64,000 bases of DNA from a bacterium BMS3Bbin13 (GTDB lineage Bacteria > Pseudomonadota > Gammaproteobacteria > 21-64-14), in contig BDTW01000052.1 in assembly GCA_002897735.1 (NCBI GenBank), positions 634-64,633 of the forward strand, read 5' to 3'. The notes under the pieces were generated by a model. It saw nothing but the letters and a program-made list of their open reading frames with translations, searched no databases and was not told where the DNA came from. The position numbers and the translations under genes are program-made. Below are positions 30,067 through 39,760 of this stretch, piece by piece (position 1 is the first letter of the stretch; every line of letters starts with the position of its first letter).

Positions 30067-30416
30067 AAACCGGACCACGCGCGCACCGCGTCACCGGGCC
30101 GGCGACCCCCGTGGCCCACGGTCAAGGTTCAGACGCGATCCGGTGTGCCGAGGGGAAGCGGTAAGGCGCCGGCGAGCCGGGCGCCGAGAACGGATTTCGC
30201 GCACGGCGCCGGGGCGTAACGCGACACCGGGGGCTCCCCGCACCCGCAACGACGACCGGCCGCAGCGCAAACGATGATCTTGGCGGCGCGGCCTGGCTTT
30301 GCCTGGATCGGGGCGCGCGGCCGGGTTATACTGCGCGGTCCGTTGGCTCAAGGCCGCCGCACCGCGGTCGATGCCGATTTCACCCCTTACCTGATCATCG
30401 CCGCGCCCCATCCGGC

Positions 30417-30995
30417 ATGGGCGCGCCCGGAGTCCTCATGGCCCGTATTCTTGCGCGCCTGCTGTTGGCGCTTGGGGCGCTGCTCAGCGCGAACGCCCTC
30501 GCCACCGCTCACGTTTCACCGCCGTCCGGCACCGAAGTCCTGCCCCTGGCTGGGATCACCAACGATCGCGATGCCGGCCTCAGCCGCCTCGCCCTCATCG
30601 TGAATGCCCGGGATGCGGTGCGCGCGATCGCCGTCGAAACGCGCCATGCAGCGGGTGACGGGGCGGACAAGGTCACGCGGCGCGTCTATCCATTGCGGCG
30701 GATCGAAAGCCGTCGGGGCGTAGTCCTCGGACGGGGGCGGGGGGTCGATGCGATCCTGCTCCGCGGGCGCATCGATTCGCGCACCGGGCGTGGTGTGCTG
30801 ATGATCCGCTACCTCGCCAACGGCTTGCTCATGAATTACCACGAATGCCGGATCGAGCTCGACCGCGTGGGCCGGCGCGGGTGGCGGCTGGTGAACGCCT
30901 ACAACGGGCGGCCGATCCACATGATCCGGGTGAAGACCTGGATGCTCGGCATCGCCACGCTGGAGAACGTCTGCCCGGGCACCGTCCGGAATTGA
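30417..30995 (+). CDS. hypothetical exported protein
   Basis: 192-aa ORF with signal peptide (ARILARLLLALGALLSANALA); no recognised domain. Confidence 0.35.
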   Translation: MGAPGVLMARILARLLLALGALLSANALATAHVSPPSGTEVLPLAGITNDRDAGLSRLALIVNARDAVRAIAVETRHAAGDGADKVTRRVYPLRRIESRRGVVLGRGRGVDAILLRGRIDSRTGRGVLMIRYLANGLLMNYHECRIELDRVGRRGWRLVNAYNGRPIHMIRVKTWMLGIATLENVCPGTVRN

Positions 30996-31163
30996 CGCAG
31001 GCGCTCAGAGAAGCACGGTCCCGGCGAGTCCCGCCATCACCAGAAGCAGAGAGGCGGCCTCGACCGCGCCGCCTCGTGCCGCATAGCCGACCGTGTAGCC
31101 AACAATGACCAGCCACGCTGCGCTACGTCTGTAGACCGATCGCATTGCGAACGCCTCGAAACC

Positions 31164-31254
31164 GGGGACAGACCACGGTTTCCGGTCCTCAATCAGTCAG
31201 TCGCCGCGGCCGCCCCGCCTTTCCGGGAGCGACGGGAAACCGTGGTCTGTCCCC
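31164..31254 (-). terminator. long perfect hairpin (20-bp arms, 51-nt loop) 5 nt downstream of the tRNA-Arg 3' end
   Basis: GGGGACAGACCACGGTTTCC ... GGAAACCGTGGTCTGTCCCC, perfect inverted repeat; no U tract, so the terminator role is inferred. Confidence 0.4.
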
Positions 31255-31259
31255 TAAAT

Positions 31260-31336
31260 TGGTGCGCCCGACAGGATTCGAACCTGTGACCTTCGGCTTC
31301 GGAGGCCGACACTCTATCCAACTGAGCTACGGGCGC
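31260..31336 (-). tRNA. tRNA-Arg (anticodon CCG)
   Basis: Reverse complement folds as GCGCCCG/CGGGCGC acceptor, GCTC/GAGU D-stem, TCGGC/GCCGA anticodon stem with loop CTCCGAA (anticodon CCG), ACAGG/CCTGT T-stem with TTCGAAT loop, discriminator A, encoded CCA; 77 nt. Confidence 0.9.
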
Positions 31337-31381
31337 GGGACGCTAGAGGATACCCCGACGTCGGTGTCAGCGTCCAGGTCA

Positions 31382-31596
31382 GGGGTCAGGCTTGACTTAT
31401 GGGTATTCGCTGTTCTGGAACCGGAAGGCTCGGCGCTGGCCGATTTGGCTCCGCACTTGGGACGGGAACGGTCCGGGCTCGGTCAAGACGCTGACCGTTG
31501 CATCAGTTGGCAACCGGGGGCGCCCGGGATCGAAGAACGGCTTGATAGCAGAGTAGAGGGAGCCTTTGCGAATACCCATAAGTCAAGCCTGACCCC
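31382..31596. mobile_element. MITE-like element: 29-bp perfect terminal inverted repeats flanking about 157 bp of non-coding, hairpin-rich sequence
   Basis: Left GGGGTCAGGCTTGACTTATGGGTATTCGC (about 31382-31410) and its exact reverse complement at about 31568-31596; the right repeat overlaps the last codons of yifB and supplies its stop codon; a third copy with 2 mismatches lies at about 41949-41976. Confidence 0.5.
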
Positions 31597-33100
31597 GCGG
31601 TGGGGCGCGGTCGAGGCGCCGGTAGCCGATGGCCTCGGTGAGATGGGTGGTGCGGATCTCGGCGTCGCCCGTCAGGTCGGCGATGGTGCGCGCCACCTTG
31701 AGCACGCGGTGGTAGGCGCGCGCGGACAGGCCCAGGTACTCGATCGCCCGGCTGAGCAGCTGCCGGTCCTCCGGCTGCAGCGCGCACCATCGGTCGACCT
31801 CCGGGTTTCGCAGCGCCGCGTTCGGCTTGCCGGTACGTGTCAATTGCCGGGCGCGGGCCCGGCTCACGCGCTGGCGCACCGCCGCGGACGACTCGCCGTC
31901 CGGTGGGCCCAGCAACTGGTCCTGCGCCAGGCGCGGCGCCTCCACGTGCAGGTCGATACGATCGAGCAGCGGGCCGGAGACGCGCGCGCGGTAGCGCTGC
32001 ACCTGCTCCGCCGTGCATCGGCAGCGACCGAGGGGGTCGCCCAGGTAGCCGCAGGGGCAGGGGTTCATCGCCGCGATCAGTTGAAAGCGCGCCGGGAAGT
32101 CCGCTTGGCGCGCCGCCCGCGAGATGGTGATGCGGCCCGATTCCAGGGGTTCGCGCAGTACCTCGAGTACGCGCCGGTCGAACTCCGGCAATTCGTCGAG
32201 GAACAATACGCCGTGGTGCGCCAGCGAGATCTCGCCCGGGCGCGGGTTGCTGCCGCCGCCGACCAGGGCCACGCCGGAGGCGGTGTGATGGGGTGCGCGG
32301 AACGGGCGCCGGCGCCAGGTGGCCGGCACGAAGCCCTGATGGCTCACCGATGCGATGGCCGCGCTCTCCAGGGCTTCGTTTTCCTCCATGGGCGGCAGGA
32401 TGCCCGGGAGGCGACTCGCCAGCATCGATTTGCCGGTACCCGGCGGGCCGATCAGCAGCAGGCTGTGCCCGCCGGCGGCGGCGACCTCCAAGGCCCGCTT
32501 GGCATGGTACTGGCCGCGCACTTCCGCCAGATCTTCCGTGCACGGGGCCTGATCGGCCCATGCCGGGCGCCGGTGCGGCGCGAGCGGGCGGGTACCGGCG
32601 AGGTGCGCGCAGACCTCCAGCAGGTGCCCGGCCCCGAGGACGGTCAGTCCCGAGGCCAGGGCCGCCTCCTCGGCGTTGGCGGTCGGCGTCATCAGTGTGC
32701 GGCCGGCGGCGCGCGTCTGGAGAGCGGACGGGAGTACCCCGCGCACACTGCGCAACTCGCCGGTCAGCGCCAGTTCCCCGAGGAATTCATAGTCGGCGAG
32801 CGGGGCGGAAGGGATCTGTCCCGAGGCGGCCAGGATCGCGACGGCGATCGCCAGATCGAATCGTCCCCCCTCCTTGGGCAGATCCGCAGGCGCCAGGTTG
32901 ATGGTGATCCGCCGTGCCGGAAACTCGAAGGCGCTGTTGACCACCGCGCCCCGTACCCGATCCTTGCTCTCGCGGACCGTGGTCTCGGGCAGTCCGACCA
33001 GCGTCAGGCCCGGCAGGCCGTTGCTGAGGTGCACCTCTACGGTGACGCCCGGGGCGCTCACGCCCTCCTGGGCACGGCTGTAGGCGACCGCTAGGGCCAT
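31583..33100 (-). CDS. yifB: YifB/ComM-family Mg-chelatase-like AAA+ ATPase
   Basis: 505 aa; N-terminal Lon-protease-like domain; Walker A LLLIGPPGTGKSM; Walker B VLFLDELPEF; C-terminal ChlI-type domain with CPCGYLGDPLGRCRC. Confidence 0.88.
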   Translation of the reverse strand: MALAVAYSRAQEGVSAPGVTVEVHLSNGLPGLTLVGLPETTVRESKDRVRGAVVNSAFEFPARRITINLAPADLPKEGGRFDLAIAVAILAASGQIPSAPLADYEFLGELALTGELRSVRGVLPSALQTRAAGRTLMTPTANAEEAALASGLTVLGAGHLLEVCAHLAGTRPLAPHRRPAWADQAPCTEDLAEVRGQYHAKRALEVAAAGGHSLLLIGPPGTGKSMLASRLPGILPPMEENEALESAAIASVSHQGFVPATWRRRPFRAPHHTASGVALVGGGSNPRPGEISLAHHGVLFLDELPEFDRRVLEVLREPLESGRITISRAARQADFPARFQLIAAMNPCPCGYLGDPLGRCRCTAEQVQRYRARVSGPLLDRIDLHVEAPRLAQDQLLGPPDGESSAAVRQRVSRARARQLTRTGKPNAALRNPEVDRWCALQPEDRQLLSRAIEYLGLSARAYHRVLKVARTIADLTGDAEIRTTHLTEAIGYRRLDRAPPRGQA

Positions 33101-33151
33101 CGGCTTCCCTTCCCGGTTTTCAGGGGCGTGCCTCCGGCGTCGCCCGGCGGT

Positions 33152-33409
33152 TTACCCCGGCGGGGGTTCCTGTCCCCGCCGTTCCAGCTCGGCGACCCGC
33201 GCCTCCAGCGCCTCGAGCTTCTCCCGCGTACGCGCCAGGACGTCCGACTGGACGTCGAATTCCTGCCGGGGCACCAAGTCCAGGCGCGCGAAGGCGGCCT
33301 GCAGGCCCGCACGCAGGTTCTTCTGCAGATCTTCCTGAAATCCGCGCACCGCGGGGGGCACCGCTTCCGCGAGCCGGCGGGCCAGGTCGTCGAGGGTCTT
33401 GGGGTCCAT
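33152..33409 (-). CDS. ubiK: ubiquinone biosynthesis accessory factor UbiK (YqiC/BMFP family)
   Basis: 85 aa; LDLVPRQEFDVQSDVLARTREKLEALEARVAELE matches E. coli UbiK [34 protein letters not shown]. Confidence 0.85.
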   Translation of the reverse strand: MDPKTLDDLARRLAEAVPPAVRGFQEDLQKNLRAGLQAAFARLDLVPRQEFDVQSDVLARTREKLEALEARVAELERRGQEPPPG

Positions 33410-33601
33410 ATCGATCGCTTCCGCTGGAACTTCAGCATCCTAGTGTACGCCAAGGTGCGCGGAGCTGTCCCGCCGCTCGGCGACGCAGCGCGCACCATTT
33501 TTGTGCGCGCCGTCGTGCAGGCCGCCCCATGGCGGTGCCTCCCACTGCGGGCCGATATCCTGAAGTATTGCAACCCATTGTTATTGTGCGCGAACTACGG
33601 C

Positions 33602-33617
33602 TGGCACGGGATCTGCA
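33602..33617 (+). promoter_or_regulatory. sigma54 (-24/-12) promoter candidate for the TorF-like porin-glnK-amtB operon, with NtrC-like inverted repeats upstream
   Basis: TGGCAC-GGGAT-CTGCA (one mismatch to TGGCAC-N5-TTGCA) about 95 nt upstream of the porin start; GCACCATTTTTGTGC (GCAC-N7-GTGC) about 110 nt further upstream resembles an NtrC enhancer half-site pair. Confidence 0.5.
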
Positions 33618-33709
33618 AAGCAAGGCCCACGTGCCGCGCTGTGTGCGGCCGCACCGCCTGATGAAATTCCCGGGCGTGGAATCCAACGATCGTGTAGGGG
33701 GACCAGCTT

Positions 33710-34468
33710 ATGATGCGCATTGCCCGAACCTGTTCCACTCTGGCTGCGGCTGCCGGCCTGCTCGTCGCGGTGTCCGCCCACGCTGATCTCACGGCCAATA
33801 CCGGCGCGACCTCCGACTATGTCTGGCGGGGTACGACCCAGACCGAAAGCGGTGCCGCCATTTCCGGGGGTATCGACTATTCCCACTCCTCCGGCTTCTA
33901 CGTAGGAACCTGGACCTCCAACGTGTCGTTCCCGTCGAGTTCGACGGCGAGCGGGGCGTGCACCGCTTCTCTCAACTGCACTGCGACGGTCACGGTTCCA
34001 TCATCGATCAAGGCGCAGGAAGTCGACCTATACGGCGGCTTCAGCAAGACCTTCAAAGGCGTCGGTATCGATCTCGGCGTTATCAAGTACCTCTACCCGC
34101 AGAGTGCCGGTCTGAACTGGACGGAATTTTCCGCGGGGCTGAGCTACGGTCCGTTCAGTGCGGCGGGGCATTTCACCAACGACGTCTTCGGGTCCCGCAC
34201 CAACGCCCAATACTACGAGGTCGCGGTCAGCTATCCGCTGCCGCTCGGCAAGGGCCTGACGGTGGGCGCGCACATCGGGCGCTACCACTTCGACAATCCC
34301 ACGGCGGCGACCTTCGACAGCTACACCGACTTCAACGCCAGCCTGACCAAGAGCGTGGGCAATCTCGGCGACTTTGCGATCACCGTCAGCGACACGACCC
34401 TGAACAGCAGCTCCGTCGACGGAAAGCCCAAGCTGTTCGTCAACTGGACCAAGAGCTTCGATCTCTGA
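33710..34468 (+). CDS. TorF-family putative outer-membrane porin (TIGR02001-type, the kind found upstream of glnK-amtB)
   Basis: Signal peptide MMRIARTCSTLAAAAGLLVAVSAHA; DLTANTGATSDYVWRGTTQT N-terminal motif typical of this family; beta-strand alternation; C-terminal F-D-L. Confidence 0.7.
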   Translation: MMRIARTCSTLAAAAGLLVAVSAHADLTANTGATSDYVWRGTTQTESGAAISGGIDYSHSSGFYVGTWTSNVSFPSSSTASGACTASLNCTATVTVPSSIKAQEVDLYGGFSKTFKGVGIDLGVIKYLYPQSAGLNWTEFSAGLSYGPFSAAGHFTNDVFGSRTNAQYYEVAVSYPLPLGKGLTVGAHIGRYHFDNPTAATFDSYTDFNASLTKSVGNLGDFAITVSDTTLNSSSVDGKPKLFVNWTKSFDL

Positions 34469-34858
<390 letters not shown>

Positions 34859-34880
34859 GACCTGGGGGAGGAGTTCGATC

Positions 34881-36188
34881 ATGAAAATACGTAAGTACGC
34901 GGGCATCGGTGGCGCCTTCGCCGCAGTGGCTCTGCTGTTGCCGGCCCTCGCGCTGGCGGGCACCACCAAGCTCAATACGGGTGATACCGCCTGGATGCTC
35001 ACTTCCACCGCCCTGGTGTTGTTCATGACCATCCCGGGGCTGTCGCTGTTCTACGCGGGCATGGTTCGCACCAAGAACGCCATGTCGGTGATGATGCAGT
35101 GCTTCGCCATCACCTGTCTGGTGACTCTGCTGTGGGTGATATACGTCTATGGTCTCGCCTTCGGAAACGGCGGCTCCATGCAGCAGTGGATCGGCGGATT
35201 CGGCAAGGCGTTCATGGCGGGCGTCGGGCGCAACACGCTGAGCGGGACCATCCCCGAGACGGTGTTCTTGATGTTCCAGCTCACCTTCGCCATCATCACG
35301 CCGGCGCTGATGGTCGGTGCCTTCGCCGAGCGCATGAAGTTCTCCGCGATGCTCTGGTTCATAGGGTTGTGGCTGACCTTCGTCTACGCGCCTATCGCAC
35401 ACTGGGTGTGGGGCGGCGGCTGGCTGGGCAATCTCGGTGCGCTGGACTTCGCCGGCGGTACGGTGGTGCATATCAATGCCGGTATCGCCGGCCTGATGGC
35501 GGCGCTGGTCATGGGCAAGCGCAAGGGCTACCCGGGTACCGCGATGCCGCCTCACAGCCTGATGTTGACCGTGATCGGGGCCGGCATGCTGTGGGTGGGT
35601 TGGTTCGGCTTCAACGCCGGGAGCGAACTGGCCGCCGACGGCACCGCGGGCATGGCCATGGTCGTCACCCAGATCGCCACCGCCGCCGCGGCGCTCACCT
35701 GGATGTTCAGCGAGTGGCTCGCCCACGGCAAGCCGAGCGTATTGGGCATCGTCTCCGGTGCGGTGGCGGGGCTTGTCGCCATCACCCCGGCGTCGGGCTT
35801 CGTCGGTCCCATGGGCGCCATCGCCATCGGCTTCGCCGCCGGGCTGGTGTGCTACCTGGCCGTTGCCAAACTCAAGCCGGTTATGGGCTATGACGACGCG
35901 CTCGATGCCTTCGGGGTGCACGCCATCGGCGGCGCGATCGGCGCCATCCTCACCGGCGTGTTCGTAGTCAAGGGGCTGGGTGGGGCCGGTCTGGCCGAGG
36001 GCATGACGATGGGCAGTCAGGTCGGGATTCAGGCCGTCGCGGTGATCTCGACAGTGGTCTACGACGCCATCGTCAGCCTCATCCTGCTCAAGATCGTCGA
36101 TGTCTTCATCGGTCTGCGCGTGTCCGAGGAGGCCGAGACGGATGGGCTGGATATCGCGCTGCATGATGAGCGCGGCTACAACCTCTGA
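34881..36188 (+). CDS. amtB: ammonium transporter
   Basis: Signal peptide then the Amt signature DFAGGTVVHINAGIAGL, 11 TM; 435 aa from ATG about 34881 (ORF opens 34848). Confidence 0.92.
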   Translation: MKIRKYAGIGGAFAAVALLLPALALAGTTKLNTGDTAWMLTSTALVLFMTIPGLSLFYAGMVRTKNAMSVMMQCFAITCLVTLLWVIYVYGLAFGNGGSMQQWIGGFGKAFMAGVGRNTLSGTIPETVFLMFQLTFAIITPALMVGAFAERMKFSAMLWFIGLWLTFVYAPIAHWVWGGGWLGNLGALDFAGGTVVHINAGIAGLMAALVMGKRKGYPGTAMPPHSLMLTVIGAGMLWVGWFGFNAGSELAADGTAGMAMVVTQIATAAAALTWMFSEWLAHGKPSVLGIVSGAVAGLVAITPASGFVGPMGAIAIGFAAGLVCYLAVAKLKPVMGYDDALDAFGVHAIGGAIGAILTGVFVVKGLGGAGLAEGMTMGSQVGIQAVAVISTVVYDAIVSLILLKIVDVFIGLRVSEEAETDGLDIALHDERGYNL

Positions 36189-36214
36189 TCCCGGGCGTAT
36201 GCCCTCTCTCCCTG

Positions 36215-36240
36215 CGGGCGCTTCGGCGCCCGTTTTTTTT
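36215..36240 (+). terminator. rho-independent terminator after amtB
   Basis: CGGGCGC-TTCG-GCGCCCG followed by T8. Confidence 0.75.
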
Positions 36241-36352
36241 GCGTGCATTCTTCCTGTGTGTTTAAACTCGCGTTGGCGGTACGTGTAACTTTGACTATAA
36301 TGAGGTAGCTTTCGGTGGTCGGTTTGCACCGAAATTTTGTGTACGCGCGTCC

Positions 36353-38758
36353 GTGAAGGTCGGTCGCACACCTGGATGTATGTGGCGGTCCAGAGGGGGC
36401 GCACCGGATCTGGAGTCCATGACCGTGCCGCGATCCGCCGGGCCGACCGCCCTACCGGAAGGCCGCGCCCCGGAGCCCGGGCGCCTGTGGCGCCGGGTCA
36501 CCCTGCTGTTCGTCAGCGGCGGTGTGCTGGTGCTCGCCGCGTTCGCGGTCTGGAGCTGGCGCCAGAGCTTCGATCGCATCGATTCCGAGTTGGGTATCGA
36601 AGTCGCCATGGCGGCGAACGGGGTGGACGCGATCTTCTCCGGGTTGGGCAACGACCTGACCTATCTGGGCGGGCGGTTGCCCGCGCGCGCGCAGGGCGAC
36701 TTCCGGGCACGTTCCTACGCACTCCTGAAGGCCTACCAGCGTCACCATCCGATCGTGGCGAGCATGGCGCTGTTCGCGCCCGACGGGCGGATGCTGATCA
36801 ACACGGCGCGTCCGTTCGGCGCGCCGTTGCCGGATACGCGCCACCATCCCGCGGTGCTGGCGAGTATCCGGGCGGCGCTGGGCGAGCACGGGATCTGGAT
36901 CGGCAAGACTCAGAAGGGCCTGGTACTCGGGGCCTGGCGTATCCCGGTGCGCTACGCGGTGCGTGCGCCCGACGGGCGTCCGCGTTTCATTCTCCAGGCG
37001 AGCATGCTGCTTACGACCCTGACCCGCCACTGGCGCGCCGTACGCATGTCCTCGGATATGGCCATCGGTCTGCTGCGCCTCGACGGGTTGCACGTGGCGC
37101 GGATGCCGGCGGCCAATCCCGAGCGACTCTATACCGCGCGCATGGCCGGGCCGCTGATGCAGGTCCTCGGACGCCACCCGCATAGCGCGGGCGGGGCCTA
37201 CCGGGGTCGCGTCCAGAGCGACTGGACGCAACGCATCGGCCGCTACGCGCGCCTGTCCGGGTTTCCGATGGTGGTCTACATCAGTGTGCCGGAGTCCGCC
37301 GTATGGGGCGCGTGGTGGCATGACAGCATGCCGTTTCTGGTGCTCAGCCTCCTTGGGTTGGGCAGTTACGTGGCGCTGTCCCGGGTGTTGCTGCAGCGCG
37401 AGCGCGCACACCTGCGCGAACTCGCGGCCGGCGAGCGCCACGACCCGATCACGGGGCTGCCCAACCTGCTGGCCGCACGCGAGTGGCTGGAACACCGGCT
37501 CGCCGAAGGCGTGCGTACACTCGGCCTGTTGCAGGTGCACATCGACGACTTCGCGGACGTCCACGACGCCGTCGGCGCGGGCGGTGCCCAGCGGGTTCTC
37601 CAGGAGGTGGCGCGGCGTTTGTTCGGGCGGATCTCGGACCCGCAGGCGCTGGTGGCCCATCTCGGTGTCGAACAGTACCTGGTGGGTGTTCCCGGCGCCG
37701 ATCTGCTGAGGGTCCACCGCTTGGCGCGGCGGCTGCAGGAGGCCCTCAACGAGCCGCTGTTCGTGGGTGAACAGACCCTGCGCCTGAACGCCACGGTCGG
37801 GGTGAGCTGCTTCCCGGACGACGCCGACAGCGCCGATGACCTGCTGCGCGCGGTGGCCAGTGCCGCGCACTCGGCGCAGCAGGCCGGGTACGGGCAGATC
37901 GCCCTCTACGACCCCGACAACAGCCGTCGCAGCGTTGCGCGTGTCGGTTTCCAGCAGGCCGTCGAACGTGCTCTCGCCGGCGACGAATTCGTCCTGTACT
38001 ACCAACCGATCATCGACCTGACTCAGCGCCGGCTGGCGGGCGCCGAGGCGTTGATCCGCTGGGAGGATCCGCAGCGCGGTCTGCTGCCGCCCGGCGAGTT
38101 CATTCCGCTCGCCGAGGCCACCGGCCGGATCTCCGCGATCGGCGAGTGGGTGGTGCGCCGCGCCTGCCGAGACCTCAAGGATTGGGAGACGCGCGGGTTG
38201 CACCTGCGGCTCTCGCTCAACCTCAGCGCCGAGGAACTGCGCAATCCGGACTATCCGCTCAGGTTGCGTCGCGCGCTGGCCGTCGCGCACGTCGATCCCT
38301 CCTCACTCGAGTTGGAGGTGACCGAGACGGCGGTGATGCAGGACGTGCAGCGCAGCGCGGCGGCGCTGCGCAGCCTGACGGAACTCGGGGTGCGCTTCGC
38401 GATCGACGACTTCGGCACCGGACATGCCTCGCTCACCTATCTCCGGCGCCTGCCGGTGCAGGTCATCAAGATCGATCGTGCATTCGTCACGGAGGTGGTC
38501 TCGAGTCCCGCGGACCGGGCGATCATAAAGGCGGTGATGGAACTCGCCCGCGGGTTGGGTTGCATCACCGTGGCCGAGGGGATCGAGACCGAGGCGCAGT
38601 ACCGGTTGCTGCGCGAGTTCGGCGTGGACCGCGGCCAGGGATTCTGGATCTCGCGCCCGCTGCCGCGCGATGCGTTCGAGACACTGCTGCGCGAGCACAC
38701 ACAGCTTCCGCCGCAGGTCGGGGACGATGTGCCGGACGCCTCGGAACACCGTCAATAA
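36353..38758 (+). CDS. sensor diguanylate cyclase/phosphodiesterase (periplasmic sensor domain, TM helix, GGDEF, EAL)
   Basis: 801-aa ORF; N-terminal TM, roughly 280-aa periplasmic region, second TM; GGDEF block DPITGLPNR...RVLQEVARRLF...GVEQYLVGV (degenerate GG(D/E)EF: EQYL); EAL block QPIIDL...EVTETAVMQ...DDFGTGHASLTYL...IKIDRAF. Confidence 0.8.
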   Translation: MKVGRTPGCMWRSRGGAPDLESMTVPRSAGPTALPEGRAPEPGRLWRRVTLLFVSGGVLVLAAFAVWSWRQSFDRIDSELGIEVAMAANGVDAIFSGLGNDLTYLGGRLPARAQGDFRARSYALLKAYQRHHPIVASMALFAPDGRMLINTARPFGAPLPDTRHHPAVLASIRAALGEHGIWIGKTQKGLVLGAWRIPVRYAVRAPDGRPRFILQASMLLTTLTRHWRAVRMSSDMAIGLLRLDGLHVARMPAANPERLYTARMAGPLMQVLGRHPHSAGGAYRGRVQSDWTQRIGRYARLSGFPMVVYISVPESAVWGAWWHDSMPFLVLSLLGLGSYVALSRVLLQRERAHLRELAAGERHDPITGLPNLLAAREWLEHRLAEGVRTLGLLQVHIDDFADVHDAVGAGGAQRVLQEVARRLFGRISDPQALVAHLGVEQYLVGVPGADLLRVHRLARRLQEALNEPLFVGEQTLRLNATVGVSCFPDDADSADDLLRAVASAAHSAQQAGYGQIALYDPDNSRRSVARVGFQQAVERALAGDEFVLYYQPIIDLTQRRLAGAEALIRWEDPQRGLLPPGEFIPLAEATGRISAIGEWVVRRACRDLKDWETRGLHLRLSLNLSAEELRNPDYPLRLRRALAVAHVDPSSLELEVTETAVMQDVQRSAAALRSLTELGVRFAIDDFGTGHASLTYLRRLPVQVIKIDRAFVTEVVSSPADRAIIKAVMELARGLGCITVAEGIETEAQYRLLREFGVDRGQGFWISRPLPRDAFETLLREHTQLPPQVGDDVPDASEHRQ

Positions 38759-38797
38759 TACGGCCGAAGGCCGATCCCTTCCCCGCGCAGTCCCGAT

Positions 38798-39037
38798 TCA
38801 GGTGAGGCTTTTGTGAGTGCCGTCGCAGTAGGGCGGGTCGTGGGTATGCTTGCAGCCGCACAAGGCGATGCGGGTCTTCTCGTGGATCTCCAGCTTCACC
38901 GGTAAGAAGCCGGTGCCCTTGTGGGAGCCGTCGCAGAACGGTTGATCCTTGGAGCGCCCGCAGGAGCACCACCAGTAGGTGCCGGGGTCCAGTTCGACCG
39001 GAAACGGACCTTTTCGGGCGATGACCGGAGTTTCCAT
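38798..39037 (-). CDS. CDGSH iron-sulfur domain protein (two CDGSH-type motifs)
   Basis: 79 aa from the ATG inside ORF 38798..39343: C-x-C...CDGSHK and C-x-C...CDGTHK. Confidence 0.8.
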   Translation of the reverse strand: METPVIARKGPFPVELDPGTYWWCSCGRSKDQPFCDGSHKGTGFLPVKLEIHEKTRIALCGCKHTHDPPYCDGTHKSLT

Positions 39038-39176
39038 TTTCGACCTCGCAGTGCGGCGACGGCGTACCGTTGACCTGAAACCCAGGTTACCATAGCGGAT
39101 CGTTCGGGGCGCTGCCAAGCGGGCGCGCCCGAGGCGGTCGAGGAGTCCGGACCTGAACCGTCTGGAAGTCGAGTCC

Positions 39177-39752
39177 TTGCGCACCCCGCACCTGGAACCG
39201 GCGAGTTTCACCCTCGCGGCGGGCGAGTGCGCCGGCGTGAGCGGGCCGTCGGGAGCGGGCAAGACGCTGCTGCTGCGGGCGCTCGCGGACCTCGACCCGC
39301 ACGAGGGGGAAGTGCGCCTGGACGGCGTCCCCGCGCGCCGCATCCCGCCGCCGGTCTGGCGCCGGCGGGTGGGGCTGCTGGCGGCCGAGAGCGCCTGGTG
39401 GGGCGAGCGGGTGCGGGACCACTTTCAGGGGGACCCCGCCGCCGGGCTGGAGCGGCTCGGTCTGCCGGCCGCGGCGCTCGATTGGGACGTGCGCCGGCTC
39501 TCCACCGGCGAGCGCCAGCGCCTGGCGCTGCTGCGACTTCTGGAGAACCGCCCCGAGGTCCTGCTGCTGGACGAGCCCACCGCGAACCTCGACGATGCCG
39601 GCCGCGCGTGCGTCGAGGCGTTGATTCGCGACTACCGCGAGGCGGGCGGGGTCGCCGTGGTGTGGGTGGCTCACGATACCGATCAACTCGCGCGCGTGGC
39701 CACGCACCGGCTGCGCATGGACGCGGGCCGGCTGATCCCGGTCGCGGCGTAG
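39177..39752 (+). CDS. fetA: FetA/YbbL-like ABC transporter ATP-binding protein
   Basis: Walker A GPSGAGKTLL, signature LSTGERQRLALL, Walker B LLLDEPTANLD; the true start is probably about 25-30 nt upstream of the ORF-track start (non-ATG). Confidence 0.6.
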   Translation: MRTPHLEPASFTLAAGECAGVSGPSGAGKTLLLRALADLDPHEGEVRLDGVPARRIPPPVWRRRVGLLAAESAWWGERVRDHFQGDPAAGLERLGLPAAALDWDVRRLSTGERQRLALLRLLENRPEVLLLDEPTANLDDAGRACVEALIRDYREAGGVAVVWVAHDTDQLARVATHRLRMDAGRLIPVAA

Positions 39753-39760
39753 GCGCGCGG

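Noticed and set aside
28273-30078. 601-aa minus-strand ORF
   Set aside because: It is antisense to dacB (SxxK/KTG motifs on the plus strand).
31145-33094. 649-aa plus-strand ORF
   Set aside because: It is antisense to yifB (clear AAA+ motifs) and it starts inside the tRNA/MITE region.
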